29,156 bases of DNA, from positions 1-29,156 of IMG/VR virus record IMGVR_UViG_3300031939_000020; one strand, given 5' to 3'. Positions 8,793 through 17,763 of the stretch are shown piece after piece. The notes below the pieces were generated by a model that made no database searches, was not told the DNA's origin, and saw nothing but the letters and a program-made list of their open reading frames with translations. The position numbers and the translations under genes were made by a program. How positions within the stretch are numbered: the first letter of the stretch is position 1; every line of letters starts with the position of its first letter. Source of the stretch: a virus (Duplodnaviria; Caudoviricetes).

Positions 8793-8987
8793 ATGCACGA
8801 TCCGGCCAATCTCTACCCTCAAGAGCACGTAGCCCTGCTTCGCTACGCCATCAAACGCGCCATAGACATTCTCAAGAAACAAGAAAGAGCGCCCACGGAA
8901 ACGCAAATCCTTGCCTCTTGTTTGTTATCCATTGACCATCACCTGCTTGCCCTCGAGATGTGGGCCGTTAGCTTCACCCATGGATAA
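8793..8987 (+). CDS. Hypothetical protein (64 aa)
   Basis: Helical ORF overlapping the start of the next gene by 8 nt. Confidence 0.55.
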   Translation: MHDPANLYPQEHVALLRYAIKRAIDILKKQERAPTETQILASCLLSIDHHLLALEMWAVSFTHG

Positions 8988-9360
8988 GGTGCACGGCAAT
9001 TCCAAAATAAGCGCCAAGACGGTCCGGGAGATCTATATGCGCGTGTTGCGCACGGATGAGAGGGTGCGGGACATTGCCGAGCACTATGGCGTCACCCATT
9101 TGATGGTGTGCAACATTGCCAACCGGCGGAGCCACCGCTTCATTACTGAAGACTTGCCGGACGTGAGCCTCCGCACCCGGCGCAAAAAGCCAAGGGCCCA
9201 ATCCGCCTATAAGAAGACGGCGCTAACGGAAGCGGCCGTAAGGGAAATTAGGGCCAAGCTTAGGGCGGGCCATCAACACAAGGCCATTGCCCAAGAGTAT
9301 AACGTGACACGGCAAGTGATCACGGCCATCAACATCCGCCGCACATGGAAGCACGCATGA
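8980..9360 (+). CDS. Tandem HTH DNA-binding protein (two HNH-associated-type HTH repeats, no nuclease)
   Basis: SKISAKTVREI..IAEHYGVT..VCNI and TALTEAAVREI..IAQEYNVT..ITAI..TWKH. Confidence 0.7.
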   Translation: MDKVHGNSKISAKTVREIYMRVLRTDERVRDIAEHYGVTHLMVCNIANRRSHRFITEDLPDVSLRTRRKKPRAQSAYKKTALTEAAVREIRAKLRAGHQHKAIAQEYNVTRQVITAINIRRTWKHA

Positions 9361-10268
9361 AAGCATTGGCTTTGCCCCTTGCTTACCCATCAGCCGCCCC
9401 AAGCATTGCCCCCGGTGACGTCTTCACCCTTGGCCGCCATAGGCTTATGTGCGGCAATGCGGCAAGCAAGGCGGACGTCTTGGCGCTACTTGGGGATGAC
9501 CAACCCAACCTTGTGGTGACAAGCCCGCCCTATGCGGACGCACGGGATTATGATCGCAAGATTGAGTGTTGGGATTCCATGATGATGGGCGCTCTTGATG
9601 GCCATGGCTTTTGTGATGACGTGCAAATGCTCATCAACCTTGGCGTCATCCACCGGCGCGGCGAGATGGTCCTTTATTGGCACAATTGGATCAACGCCAT
9701 GCGTGCCAAGAAATGGAAGCAAGCCGGGATGTACGTTTGGGATAAGTTGCAAGCGGTGCCGGGCGCCAACATTGGCGCGCCACGGCCAAGCCATGAATTT
9801 ATATTCCACCTCAACAAGTCACGGGGGAAGATCAACAATACCGTCCCCAACAAGGAGGCCGGCAAAAAGAATTGGGGCTATAAGTACCGGGGCAAGGACG
9901 GCGCCCCAAGGCGCAAGGACGGCGATCCGGAGCGGAGGGTCAATGACAAGAGGCCGGTTGATAGCGTGTTCCGCATCCGTGCGGAAAAGCACAATCGCAC
10001 CGGCCACCCGGCGGTGTTCCCCATGGCGCTGCCCGCCTCAATCATCTCTTCATGGAAACGTCCCGGATGCGTCACCTATGATCCCTTTTGCGGTAGCGGC
10101 ACCACCTTGATGGCTTGTGAGCAAGAGGGCGTGGTGGGCCTCGGCATGGAAATTAGCCCGGCCTATTGCCGCATCATTCTTGACCGCTGGCAAAAGACGC
10201 ACCCCCATCAACCCATCACAAAGCTCACCACCCCTTCACGTCAAAGCCTTGAGGATGCACCGTCATGA
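9357..10268 (+). CDS. DNA methyltransferase, N4-C/N6-A beta class
   Basis: Motif IV VTSPPY precedes HPAVFP and motif I DPFCGSGTT. ATGA overlap at 9357. Confidence 0.9.
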   Translation: MKALALPLAYPSAAPSIAPGDVFTLGRHRLMCGNAASKADVLALLGDDQPNLVVTSPPYADARDYDRKIECWDSMMMGALDGHGFCDDVQMLINLGVIHRRGEMVLYWHNWINAMRAKKWKQAGMYVWDKLQAVPGANIGAPRPSHEFIFHLNKSRGKINNTVPNKEAGKKNWGYKYRGKDGAPRRKDGDPERRVNDKRPVDSVFRIRAEKHNRTGHPAVFPMALPASIISSWKRPGCVTYDPFCGSGTTLMACEQEGVVGLGMEISPAYCRIILDRWQKTHPHQPITKLTTPSRQSLEDAPS

Positions 10269-11044
10269 ATGAGCGTCATATCGTCATGTTTTCCGGAGGA
10301 ATTGGCAGCTACCTTGCCGCCAAGAGGGTGATTCAAGAGCACGGCACGGAGCACGTCACCCTCTTGTTTGCGGACACCTTGCAAGAGGACCAAGACCTTT
10401 ATAGGTTTTTGGATGACGCCGCTTCTTGCTTGGGCGTGCCGGTCACCCGGATTGCCGAAGGGCGCACGCCTTGGCAAGTTTTCAAGGATGCGCGCTTCTT
10501 GGGCAATAGCCGGGTAGACCTATGTAGCAAGGCATTGAAGCGGGATCCTTGCTACCGGTGGCTTGAAGAGAATTGTGAGCCGGGCGCTTGCCGGATCTAC
10601 GTTGGCATTGATTGGTCTGAATCTCACCGCTATGAGAAGATCCGTGACCGCAACAAGGTGTGGCGCTACTATGCGCCGCTCTGCGAGCCGCCCTATCTCT
10701 CCCCCGCCCAAGCCAAGCAAGCGGTGATTGATGACGGCATAAGGATCCCGCGCCTCTACACTGAAGGGTTTGCGCACAATAATTGCGGAGGCTTTTGCGT
10801 CAAGGCGGGGCAAGCCCACTTTGCCAACCTGCTCGAGAAGCGCCCGGACGCCTATGCTTACCATGAGCAAAAGGAAGAAGAGATGCGGGCCCTCATTGGC
10901 AAGAACGTGAGCATCATGACGGACCGGCGCAACAAGCAACGGGTGCCTATGACGCTGAAACAATTTAGGGAGCGCAAGCAAGAGGGCATGGCTCATGATG
11001 AGCATGAATTTGGCGGGTGCGGCTGCTTTGCGGGCGAGCTATGA
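10265..11044 (+). CDS. PAPS-reductase-like (adenine nucleotide alpha-hydrolase fold) Cys-rich protein
   Basis: PP-loop-like VMFSGGIGS, LFADT, HNNCGGFCVKAG and C-terminal GGCGCF. Confidence 0.75.
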   Translation: MNERHIVMFSGGIGSYLAAKRVIQEHGTEHVTLLFADTLQEDQDLYRFLDDAASCLGVPVTRIAEGRTPWQVFKDARFLGNSRVDLCSKALKRDPCYRWLEENCEPGACRIYVGIDWSESHRYEKIRDRNKVWRYYAPLCEPPYLSPAQAKQAVIDDGIRIPRLYTEGFAHNNCGGFCVKAGQAHFANLLEKRPDAYAYHEQKEEEMRALIGKNVSIMTDRRNKQRVPMTLKQFRERKQEGMAHDEHEFGGCGCFAGEL

Positions 11045-11463
11045 CAAGCCGGGTGCACTACTCAAGCGATCGGATGGATTGGCGCACGCCCAAGGCGTTT
11101 TTTGACAAGCTCAACCGTATCTACTCTTTCACCCTAGATGTAGCGTGTAGCAAGGATAACGCCCTATGCCCGGCAAGATATGATTGGCCGGAGCATGACG
11201 GGCTTGCGTTGAGCTGGGCCGGCCACCGGGTATGGTGCAACCCGCCCTATGGCCGGGCCATAGGCCATTGGACGCAAAAGGCCGCCCAAGAGGCCAAGCA
11301 CGCCGCCATCATTGTCATGCTCGTGCCGTCCCGGACGGACACGGTGTGGTGGCATGAGGCCATCAAGACGGCCCGCCCCGTCTTTATAAAAGGCCGCCTC
11401 AAATTTGAGGGGGCAACGTCTTCCGCCCCCTTCCCCTCCGCCCTCTTGATTTGGGATGCGTAA
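11041..11463 (+). CDS. Phage DNA N6-adenine methyltransferase (phage Dam family)
   Basis: DWRTP, FTLDVAC, VWCNPPY, LVPSRTDT.WW and GRLKF motifs. ATGA overlap at 11041. Confidence 0.9.
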   Translation: MTSRVHYSSDRMDWRTPKAFFDKLNRIYSFTLDVACSKDNALCPARYDWPEHDGLALSWAGHRVWCNPPYGRAIGHWTQKAAQEAKHAAIIVMLVPSRTDTVWWHEAIKTARPVFIKGRLKFEGATSSAPFPSALLIWDA

Positions 11464-11926
11464 AGCCCCATCCCGCATTGCGGCCAACAAAGCCCGTGGT
11501 GAGCATTTTGAAGCAATGTTCATAGCGCGGGCGGGGGTTGACGGCCTCAAAGCCCTCAAGAATCACTTGTCTTTCAAGTATCTGCCCGGCGGGCGCATCC
11601 AACCCATCCGGGCGGATTTGGATTTTAGGGTGCTCCGGCGGGACGGGCGCGTGGCGTACGTTGACACCAAAAGCTTTGACGCGGCCTTTTTTACATTCAG
11701 CCAGCTAGAGCCGCACCAAATTCAACGGGCGCTGCAATATGACGCCTATAGCGTCCCGGCGGGCTTTGTGGTGTATCTCAAGCCGCTCGGGCAAGTGTAC
11801 TATTACCCGGCCCACGCCGTCATTTCTAAAGGGCCACGGTCACGCTTTGCGCCCAAGGACGGCCATTTACTCGGGGCGGCGTACGCTTTCACTCCGGGAA
11901 TCATCTTTGATTTGCACAAACTCTAA
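11456..11926 (+). CDS. RecU-like PD-(D/E)xK nuclease / Holliday junction resolvase
   Basis: RGEHFE..LDF..YVDTKS..LEPHQ pattern. Confidence 0.65.
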   Translation: MRKAPSRIAANKARGEHFEAMFIARAGVDGLKALKNHLSFKYLPGGRIQPIRADLDFRVLRRDGRVAYVDTKSFDAAFFTFSQLEPHQIQRALQYDAYSVPAGFVVYLKPLGQVYYYPAHAVISKGPRSRFAPKDGHLLGAAYAFTPGIIFDLHKL

Positions 11927-12433
11927 AGAATCATCATGCATGATTCCACTCATGCGCTTGAGGCGGCTAGTGCGCGATCGCGTCATGACGTGATCAAGGT
12001 CATTGATGCTTTGATTGGCGGCCTCGAGCTCGCTATGAAGCACGCCAATGGTGGCGTTTTGGGCATTGAGCGTTTGGCGCAAATCCACAATCTCATCAAC
12101 CCGCCGGGAAAGCCTAGCCTCAAGGGCGTTGACCTTGCCCCGCAAATTGCGGCCGTTAGCAAAAAGATTGTGGCACTCATCCCGCAATGACTTGATGAGC
12201 CTCTTGTGGCCGTCCGTCAAAAGCTCCGGCCCACGGAAATAGGCGCGCTGGGCCTTGGGGTCTTCAAACATGCCGGATTGATAGTAATCCACAATCTCAG
12301 CGGTGACCGCAACGTTTGTTTCCGTGATGATGCGCTGCAATTGGGGACGCGGCGGTTGCAAACCGGCACGCTGCTCAACCGGCTTGACGGTGGGGTTTTG
12401 TGAATTGACGGTGAGATTTCTAGAGAGCATCAA
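11867..12433 (-). CDS. Coiled-coil hypothetical protein at the end of the late operon
   Basis: AAGGA SD just after the fibre stop. Heptad-rich C-terminal half. 60-nt convergent overlap with the RecU-like gene. Confidence 0.6.
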   Translation of the reverse strand: MMLSRNLTVNSQNPTVKPVEQRAGLQPPRPQLQRIITETNVAVTAEIVDYYQSGMFEDPKAQRAYFRGPELLTDGHKRLIKSLRDECHNLFANGRNLRGKVNALEARLSRRVDEIVDLRQTLNAQNATIGVLHSELEAANQSINDLDHVMTRSRTSRLKRMSGIMHDDSLEFVQIKDDSRSESVRRPE

Positions 12434-12441
12434 GACGTCCT

Positions 12442-14040
12442 TTAGGAATTGAGATCCACAATCAGATCAATGTTGCTTTTGATTTCAACGCCGCCTCTTG
12501 ATGAGCGGACGTAAAGCGTGAGCACGTCACCCGCTGCAAAAGCATAGGTGCCCTTGGCAAAGCTTTGCCCGAAGCTTGAGTAAACGTCGGCGGCAAATTC
12601 CTTATTAGAGGACATGGCGATTCTTCCCGCGTAAGAGGGATCACTACTGTTGCCAATGTTTTTGAAAACATAAAAATTCACGGTAGTGGGCAAGGAGGAA
12701 ACGCTAACGGTGCCGTTGAGGCCAATGATGCTACCTGAAGAGGGCGCGGTCCAATAGCGCGGCATAGATCCAACGCTGCCCCCATACACGCCTTGAATGA
12801 TGACGCTACCTTGCTCCCCATAATAAGCTGGTCCGGGCTGAAGTCCCGTTGACGGATTCCATGTTGCGCCCATGTAAATATATGTTTTGACCGTGGCCAC
12901 GGTAGACGCGGCGCCAATCGCAAGGGCAAGGGCGGTGCTTGAGATCGCCACGCCCACCGGTGCCACCGTTTGCCCCGGCCCCATGGGCTTGGCGGTTGAG
13001 ATCGCGCCGGGGGTAGCCGGATCAAGATAGTAGGCCGATCCGGTGATGAGGCCGCTAAAGCCATCAAGAATACCGGTACGCACCACATGAGCCTCCGCCC
13101 CGGAGGCGGTGGCGGTATGCACAAAGCCTAGACATAGGCCGCGCTGCGCACCGTTGGCGGCGGATGCATCCGCAAGGTAGAGGCGCCCTTGGGTGCGCCC
13201 ATCAGCGGTGCCTTGGCTTTGATAGACGGCCTTGAAAGCGCCAAGATCCTCACCCGCCGGTGCCGTCACGGTGGTGACGTAGCCCGCCGCCACAAGCGTG
13301 CGGCTTTCTTGATCACGGAGCCACATTTCCGTGCTTCCAATGCCCACGGAACACGCGTTGGCCGTGGCGCGGGCAAGCACCACGGTGTTGGGCCCCGGCA
13401 CAAGGGTTGCCGAGGGCGCAACATTGACGGTCAACGGCCCGGTCCCCACAAACGTAAGCGTGACTTGGCTACCGCTTGCCGTGGCCGGTTGGCTCAAGGT
13501 GCACGTGGTGTCCTCAAGATCGGTGACGGTGGTGTTATCTGCAATGCCGGGCCCGGTCACGGTCATGCCGGGGCTGATGCCCGCCTCATAGCCAAGGTTG
13601 AGCACGGTGTCACTTTGCGCGGTGACGTCCGCCGTGGTGCTAAAGGGTAGGTTGACGTTGGCATACGCCACGCTACCGGAGGGTAGCATCACCGCGCCTT
13701 GGGGCAATTGATTGACGGTATCCGCTGAAGAGGGGATGGCCAACGTCAACGTTGAGGACCATGAGAGCGCCCGCGTTTGCGCGTCAAAATGGAATGTTCC
13801 GCCGCCCATCAGCCGCATGGAATGATTGAGGGATGTCGCCAACACGGTCGCGTTGACGTTCTCACTCAAGTATTGCACCCACCGGTCAAGGCTATGAAGG
13901 GTGTAATTGAAATAAGGAGCTGGCACCGGCTGCCCGGCTTGAAAGCCCACCGCCCGGATGGAAACCGGAGGCTCCGCCAAATTGTTGGATGCGGTGTCCG
14001 GCACCCACTCAAGATAAGAATTAGGTTTGCTAATAGGCAC
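12442..14040 (-). CDS. Tail fibre / receptor-binding protein (532 aa)
   Basis: TAAGGAG SD before GTG 14040. Follows the baseplate wedge genes. N-terminal GFQAGQPVPAPYFNY anchor-like motif and modular beta-rich domains. Confidence 0.8.
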   Translation of the reverse strand: MPISKPNSYLEWVPDTASNNLAEPPVSIRAVGFQAGQPVPAPYFNYTLHSLDRWVQYLSENVNATVLATSLNHSMRLMGGGTFHFDAQTRALSWSSTLTLAIPSSADTVNQLPQGAVMLPSGSVAYANVNLPFSTTADVTAQSDTVLNLGYEAGISPGMTVTGPGIADNTTVTDLEDTTCTLSQPATASGSQVTLTFVGTGPLTVNVAPSATLVPGPNTVVLARATANACSVGIGSTEMWLRDQESRTLVAAGYVTTVTAPAGEDLGAFKAVYQSQGTADGRTQGRLYLADASAANGAQRGLCLGFVHTATASGAEAHVVRTGILDGFSGLITGSAYYLDPATPGAISTAKPMGPGQTVAPVGVAISSTALALAIGAASTVATVKTYIYMGATWNPSTGLQPGPAYYGEQGSVIIQGVYGGSVGSMPRYWTAPSSGSIIGLNGTVSVSSLPTTVNFYVFKNIGNSSDPSYAGRIAMSSNKEFAADVYSSFGQSFAKGTYAFAAGDVLTLYVRSSRGGVEIKSNIDLIVDLNS

Positions 14041-14050
14041 GGCGTGCTCC

Positions 14051-14686
14051 TTAAGCGAGCGGGTTAGAATCAATGAGGGAGGCAAGCATCCCGCCGCCTT
14101 GGCCGTCCAAGGACGCAAAGCCTTGCGCCCAAGGTTGCACGCCCGCGCACGCAAAAGCTTGCGTTGAGGAAAAGACGCTTACACTAGCCAAGACAACACC
14201 CGCCGGAAGACTGGCCCGTATAAGGCGCAACACAAGCGGATAGAGGCTCGCATCCGTCTTAGGATCGGCCACCGCAAGGGAAAGTTGGGCATAAGCGTGC
14301 GCACGGGCGTGGCCCCATGTGTTGGGCGTGGTGGCGTAAATGGCGCTTGCCTGAAACAAGGTCTTGGCAATCCCCTCAATATCATTGAGGGTGGCGCGGG
14401 ACGTGTTGGTGGCAATCTTGCCCCGGATGAGTACCCTATAGACCGCATCCGTGACGCCGTTGCGGGCAATCCCCACCAAGCTCCCCACCGCATCCAATTG
14501 CGCGCCGGTGGCGGAATCATCCACCAAAAACCGCCCCTTGGCCACCTTGCGGATGGCGTCCTCGAGCACTTGCGTGCGGCTTGCCAAGGCGGACACAAGG
14601 CTCACCACGTTGGGGGCGCTTTGATATTGGCTCACCAACCGGCTTTGCGCTTGCGCCGCATGATCCGCGATGTATTCAACCGTCAT
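14051..14686 (-). CDS. Baseplate wedge protein (DUF2612-like)
   Basis: LVSQY..ATGAQLDAVGSLVGIAR..DAVYRVLIRGKIATN..LPAGV. Position after J. Confidence 0.8.
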   Translation of the reverse strand: MTVEYIADHAAQAQSRLVSQYQSAPNVVSLVSALASRTQVLEDAIRKVAKGRFLVDDSATGAQLDAVGSLVGIARNGVTDAVYRVLIRGKIATNTSRATLNDIEGIAKTLFQASAIYATTPNTWGHARAHAYAQLSLAVADPKTDASLYPLVLRLIRASLPAGVVLASVSVFSSTQAFACAGVQPWAQGFASLDGQGGGMLASLIDSNPLA

Positions 14687-17025
14687 GAGTAGCTAATCTC
14701 TGTGGTGAAGGATGACGCAAGCGCGACTTGATCGGGCAAGAGCCGTAAGGTGGCGGTGTTGGTGGGGTTAGGCACGGAATCAAAGGTGAGGGTCACGTCA
14801 ACAATGCCCGGCACGTCTCTAAAGCTTGAGCCTATGCCGTCCGTGCCGTGCAAGGTGATGAGGCCGCCGATAGCCACCGCATTGACCGCATCAATGACGT
14901 CACCCTCAATCTTTTGCAGACTTGCCGGATCAAACACGGCGTTGGCGTTCTTGCCGGACGTCTCATCACCGGGGGAATTATAAAGATCCGTGATGAGGGC
15001 AATCTTAAGGTAGACCGGCACTTGCCGAGGACGGGTGAAGCTGATGTCCGTGGGGTTGCCGCCCAAATCCTTAAGAGTGAGGGTTTGATTGACGGTCAAA
15101 GGCACTTGGCTTGCCGTTGAAAGGGCGGGCAAGCTCAACGTGACTTGGGTGCCATCAATGGCGGTGATGACGGAGCCGGGGTTAAGCCCTTGGCCAAACA
15201 CCGCTTGGCCCACCACCACGTTGCTAACGGACGCCATTTGCACCGTTTGGCTACCGGACACAAACGATCCGGTGGTGAGCAAGACCGGGGCGCCGTAGGT
15301 GGCAATGCCGCCGGGCGCCGCATCCAAGATGGCTTGCGCAATGGCGTGATCATCACCGCCTTGCACCACGTACTCAACACTCTTGGGCGGTCTTCCAAAA
15401 GTGGCGGTGAGCTGTGCGCCGGTGGTGTCTTGCGCCACGGCCATCAAAGGCAACGCTTGGCCGCCAAGAGCGCCCTCAAAATCAATCACAAAGCCATAGG
15501 TGTATGCGCCGGAAACGGTGCATGACGGGGCGTTGGGCAACGCCTCAAGGGCTTTTTGCAACACCCTCGAGGACGCATTGAAGGGCAACGGATCGGTGGT
15601 GCCGCCGCCAAACCCAATGCAATAGGTGCCGCTTGTGGGCGTGCGCAAGAACGTGAGCCGCTGCAAAGCCGCCGCCGTAAGGTTTTCAAAGCCAATGGCA
15701 CGCGTCACGCCGTCCAATTGTTGCAAGCGCCCCAAGGTGGCAGCCAACGGGCCAGCTCCGGGGCTTGCGAGCAAGGACGCCCGGCGCGCCATGGCCTCCG
15801 TGTCCGTCTCAATGGCCCGGCCCACCAAGGCGTCAAGCTCATTGGTGACGGAAACCCAACCCTGTTGGCTTGAGCCAATGACATTCAACGCACCCGCTAA
15901 GACGGGGTAATCACCCGTTTGCGTGCACGTCGCGGTCCCCACGCCTTGGGCGGCCACGCCGCTAACGGTGGTGGCCACGGCGGCGTTGACGGCGGCGGTG
16001 CCATTTAGAAGGGTGTTTTGCGCAATGACCGCAAGAGCTTGCGGCTTGGCGGCGCTTGAGGGTTGCCCGTCCGCCGGAGCACCCGCACCAAAAGAGATGC
16101 GCCATTGATTGGCGGAGGGGGACGTCACCACCACGTCCGTCAACGGCATGAGGCCGGTGTCCGCATCCTTGAGGGATTGGATTGCGGCCGCAATGCTTTG
16201 CACCGCCACAAGATTGACATCAAGGGAGCTTGTCACGCCCAACAGGGGGTTGGCCGCCGTGGGCCAAGTGATGACAAGGTTGGGCCACGCCCCTTGCACC
16301 ACCACCTGGCTCAAGTCATCAAGCTTGCGTAGCGCCGCTTGCACGTCCGCCGCCGTAGCGGTGGCAGCCAAGGCGTCCGTGCTTTGCTCCTTGACCGTGA
16401 GGGTGAAGCTTCCGGCCTTGGGGGTGGCATTGACGTTGAGGACGGTTTGGCCCGGCAATGCATTGAAGGGTATTGGGTCGGTGGTGGCCGCCGCCCCGGA
16501 GGGCATGGCAAAGGTGAGGCTTAGGGCGCCGGATTTGGCTTGCCCGGTGAAATAGACGTCTTGCACCGCATTGACCGCGCCCCCAAGTGTCACCGCATTG
16601 TCCAAGGTGAAGCTGAGGACGGGGGATGAGCTTGTTTGGATGACCGCGCCTCTAGGGATCACGGTGCCGGGATCGCCCCGCAAGACAAGCCCGAAGAGGG
16701 TAATGCCGTTGGCTTGGGTGCTTGGCGTGGGGTTGGTGACCGTGGCTTGAGCCGCAAGGCGGGTGAGGCCGGTGAGGGCAAGCAAGTTATCAACATAGAT
16801 CCCTTGCGCCCCCGCCGGGGTGCCGCTCAAGACGTCATCTTGCAACGCTTCCCATAAAAGCGCCTCACGTTCGGAAAATATGCCAATGAGCTGGCCAAAC
16901 ACGGTGGCGGAAGAAAGATTGACCGTTGCGCCAAACTTGGCTTGAAAGGCCGCTTGCAAGTCACTGATGATTTGGGCTTGCCTAGGTGCCACAAACCCCG
17001 CGTCGGAAAGACCGTAGGTAGACAT
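14683..17025 (-). CDS. Baseplate J/gp47-like protein enlarged by inserted domains (780 aa)
   Basis: YGLSDAGF, FGQLIGI, GWVSVTN..GRAIETD, PPKSVEYVVQGG..IAQAI..GIATYG and ISFTRP core motifs. TGATG coupling. Confidence 0.88.
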   Translation of the reverse strand: MSTYGLSDAGFVAPRQAQIISDLQAAFQAKFGATVNLSSATVFGQLIGIFSEREALLWEALQDDVLSGTPAGAQGIYVDNLLALTGLTRLAAQATVTNPTPSTQANGITLFGLVLRGDPGTVIPRGAVIQTSSSPVLSFTLDNAVTLGGAVNAVQDVYFTGQAKSGALSLTFAMPSGAAATTDPIPFNALPGQTVLNVNATPKAGSFTLTVKEQSTDALAATATAADVQAALRKLDDLSQVVVQGAWPNLVITWPTAANPLLGVTSSLDVNLVAVQSIAAAIQSLKDADTGLMPLTDVVVTSPSANQWRISFGAGAPADGQPSSAAKPQALAVIAQNTLLNGTAAVNAAVATTVSGVAAQGVGTATCTQTGDYPVLAGALNVIGSSQQGWVSVTNELDALVGRAIETDTEAMARRASLLASPGAGPLAATLGRLQQLDGVTRAIGFENLTAAALQRLTFLRTPTSGTYCIGFGGGTTDPLPFNASSRVLQKALEALPNAPSCTVSGAYTYGFVIDFEGALGGQALPLMAVAQDTTGAQLTATFGRPPKSVEYVVQGGDDHAIAQAILDAAPGGIATYGAPVLLTTGSFVSGSQTVQMASVSNVVVGQAVFGQGLNPGSVITAIDGTQVTLSLPALSTASQVPLTVNQTLTLKDLGGNPTDISFTRPRQVPVYLKIALITDLYNSPGDETSGKNANAVFDPASLQKIEGDVIDAVNAVAIGGLITLHGTDGIGSSFRDVPGIVDVTLTFDSVPNPTNTATLRLLPDQVALASSFTTEISYS

Positions 17026-17441
17026 CAAGCGCCTCCTTGGATGTTCACGGGTACGCTTGCGCTTAGGCGCTTACCCATGGCCGTGAGAATGGTGAAGGAT
17101 ACCGTCATGATGCGCTTGGTCCGATCTTGGTCACTTTGATAGGCAAGAAGCGCCGTGACGCCGGGGGTTGAAAGGATGCAATCCCGCAAGAGGCCGTCTA
17201 CCGTGGCCTTGTCCGCATTTTTCACCAAGATTTGTTGATACCACGGCACCCCGTCTTGGGTGTTCATGAACCACTCGCCCAAAAATAGGCGCAACCGTTG
17301 CATGGTGAATTGAATTTGCGCGTCCGTGCCTTGGGGGTTGGCGTCACTTGTGAGCTGTAAATCACCGCCCACGATCTTCAGATCCGCATAGGCGGACGTC
17401 CCGAGCAATTGGGCGTCAAAATCCAAGGAAAGATCGCTCAT
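17025..17441 (-). CDS. Baseplate gp25/W-like protein
   Basis: QRLRLFLGEWFMNTQDGVPWYQQIL..ILSTPGV motif. Position before J. Confidence 0.8.
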   Translation of the reverse strand: MSDLSLDFDAQLLGTSAYADLKIVGGDLQLTSDANPQGTDAQIQFTMQRLRLFLGEWFMNTQDGVPWYQQILVKNADKATVDGLLRDCILSTPGVTALLAYQSDQDRTKRIMTVSFTILTAMGKRLSASVPVNIQGGA

Positions 17442-17716
17442 GTGAGCCGCCCCGTGCCGGTAAGGGTTGAGGGGGCGGTGGTAGATCCCGTTTGGCTTGT
17501 GGGCCCACCGGCGGTGGCTACCGGTTGGCCCGCCGGGTTTTGCAACGTGCTCGGCAAAACCTGCGCCGTGTTGAGGATGTAGCTCAAATCCGCCCCAAAA
17601 ATGGCTTGCAATTGCGCTTTGACGTGGCTCTTCTCATCAGCGTTGAGGCCGTCAAAATTGCTTTGTGCCGCAATGGCCGCGTACACGGCGGCGGCTCTAT
17701 CATTGCCGGTCATCAT
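17438..17716 (-). CDS. Small spike-associated hypothetical protein
   Basis: Lies between the spike and gp25-like genes. Helical N-half and Gly/Thr-rich C-half. ATGA overlap downstream. Confidence 0.6.
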   Translation of the reverse strand: MMTGNDRAAAVYAAIAAQSNFDGLNADEKSHVKAQLQAIFGADLSYILNTAQVLPSTLQNPAGQPVATAGGPTSQTGSTTAPSTLTGTGRLT

Positions 17717-17763
17717 GCCAACACTATGCCTCAAGCGTGACGGCGGCGCTAACCCGTGCCGCC

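Noticed and set aside
9357-11926. Type II restriction-modification system
   Set aside because: The nuclease pattern fits RecU-like resolvases, and orphan MTases of these families are common in phages.
14041-14154. ORF-track N-terminal extensions (fibre 14154; also endolysin 5983, initiator 7967, sheath 25320, acidic protein 1730)
   Set aside because: Downstream starts have clear SD motifs and, for the fibre and endolysin, avoid long overlaps.
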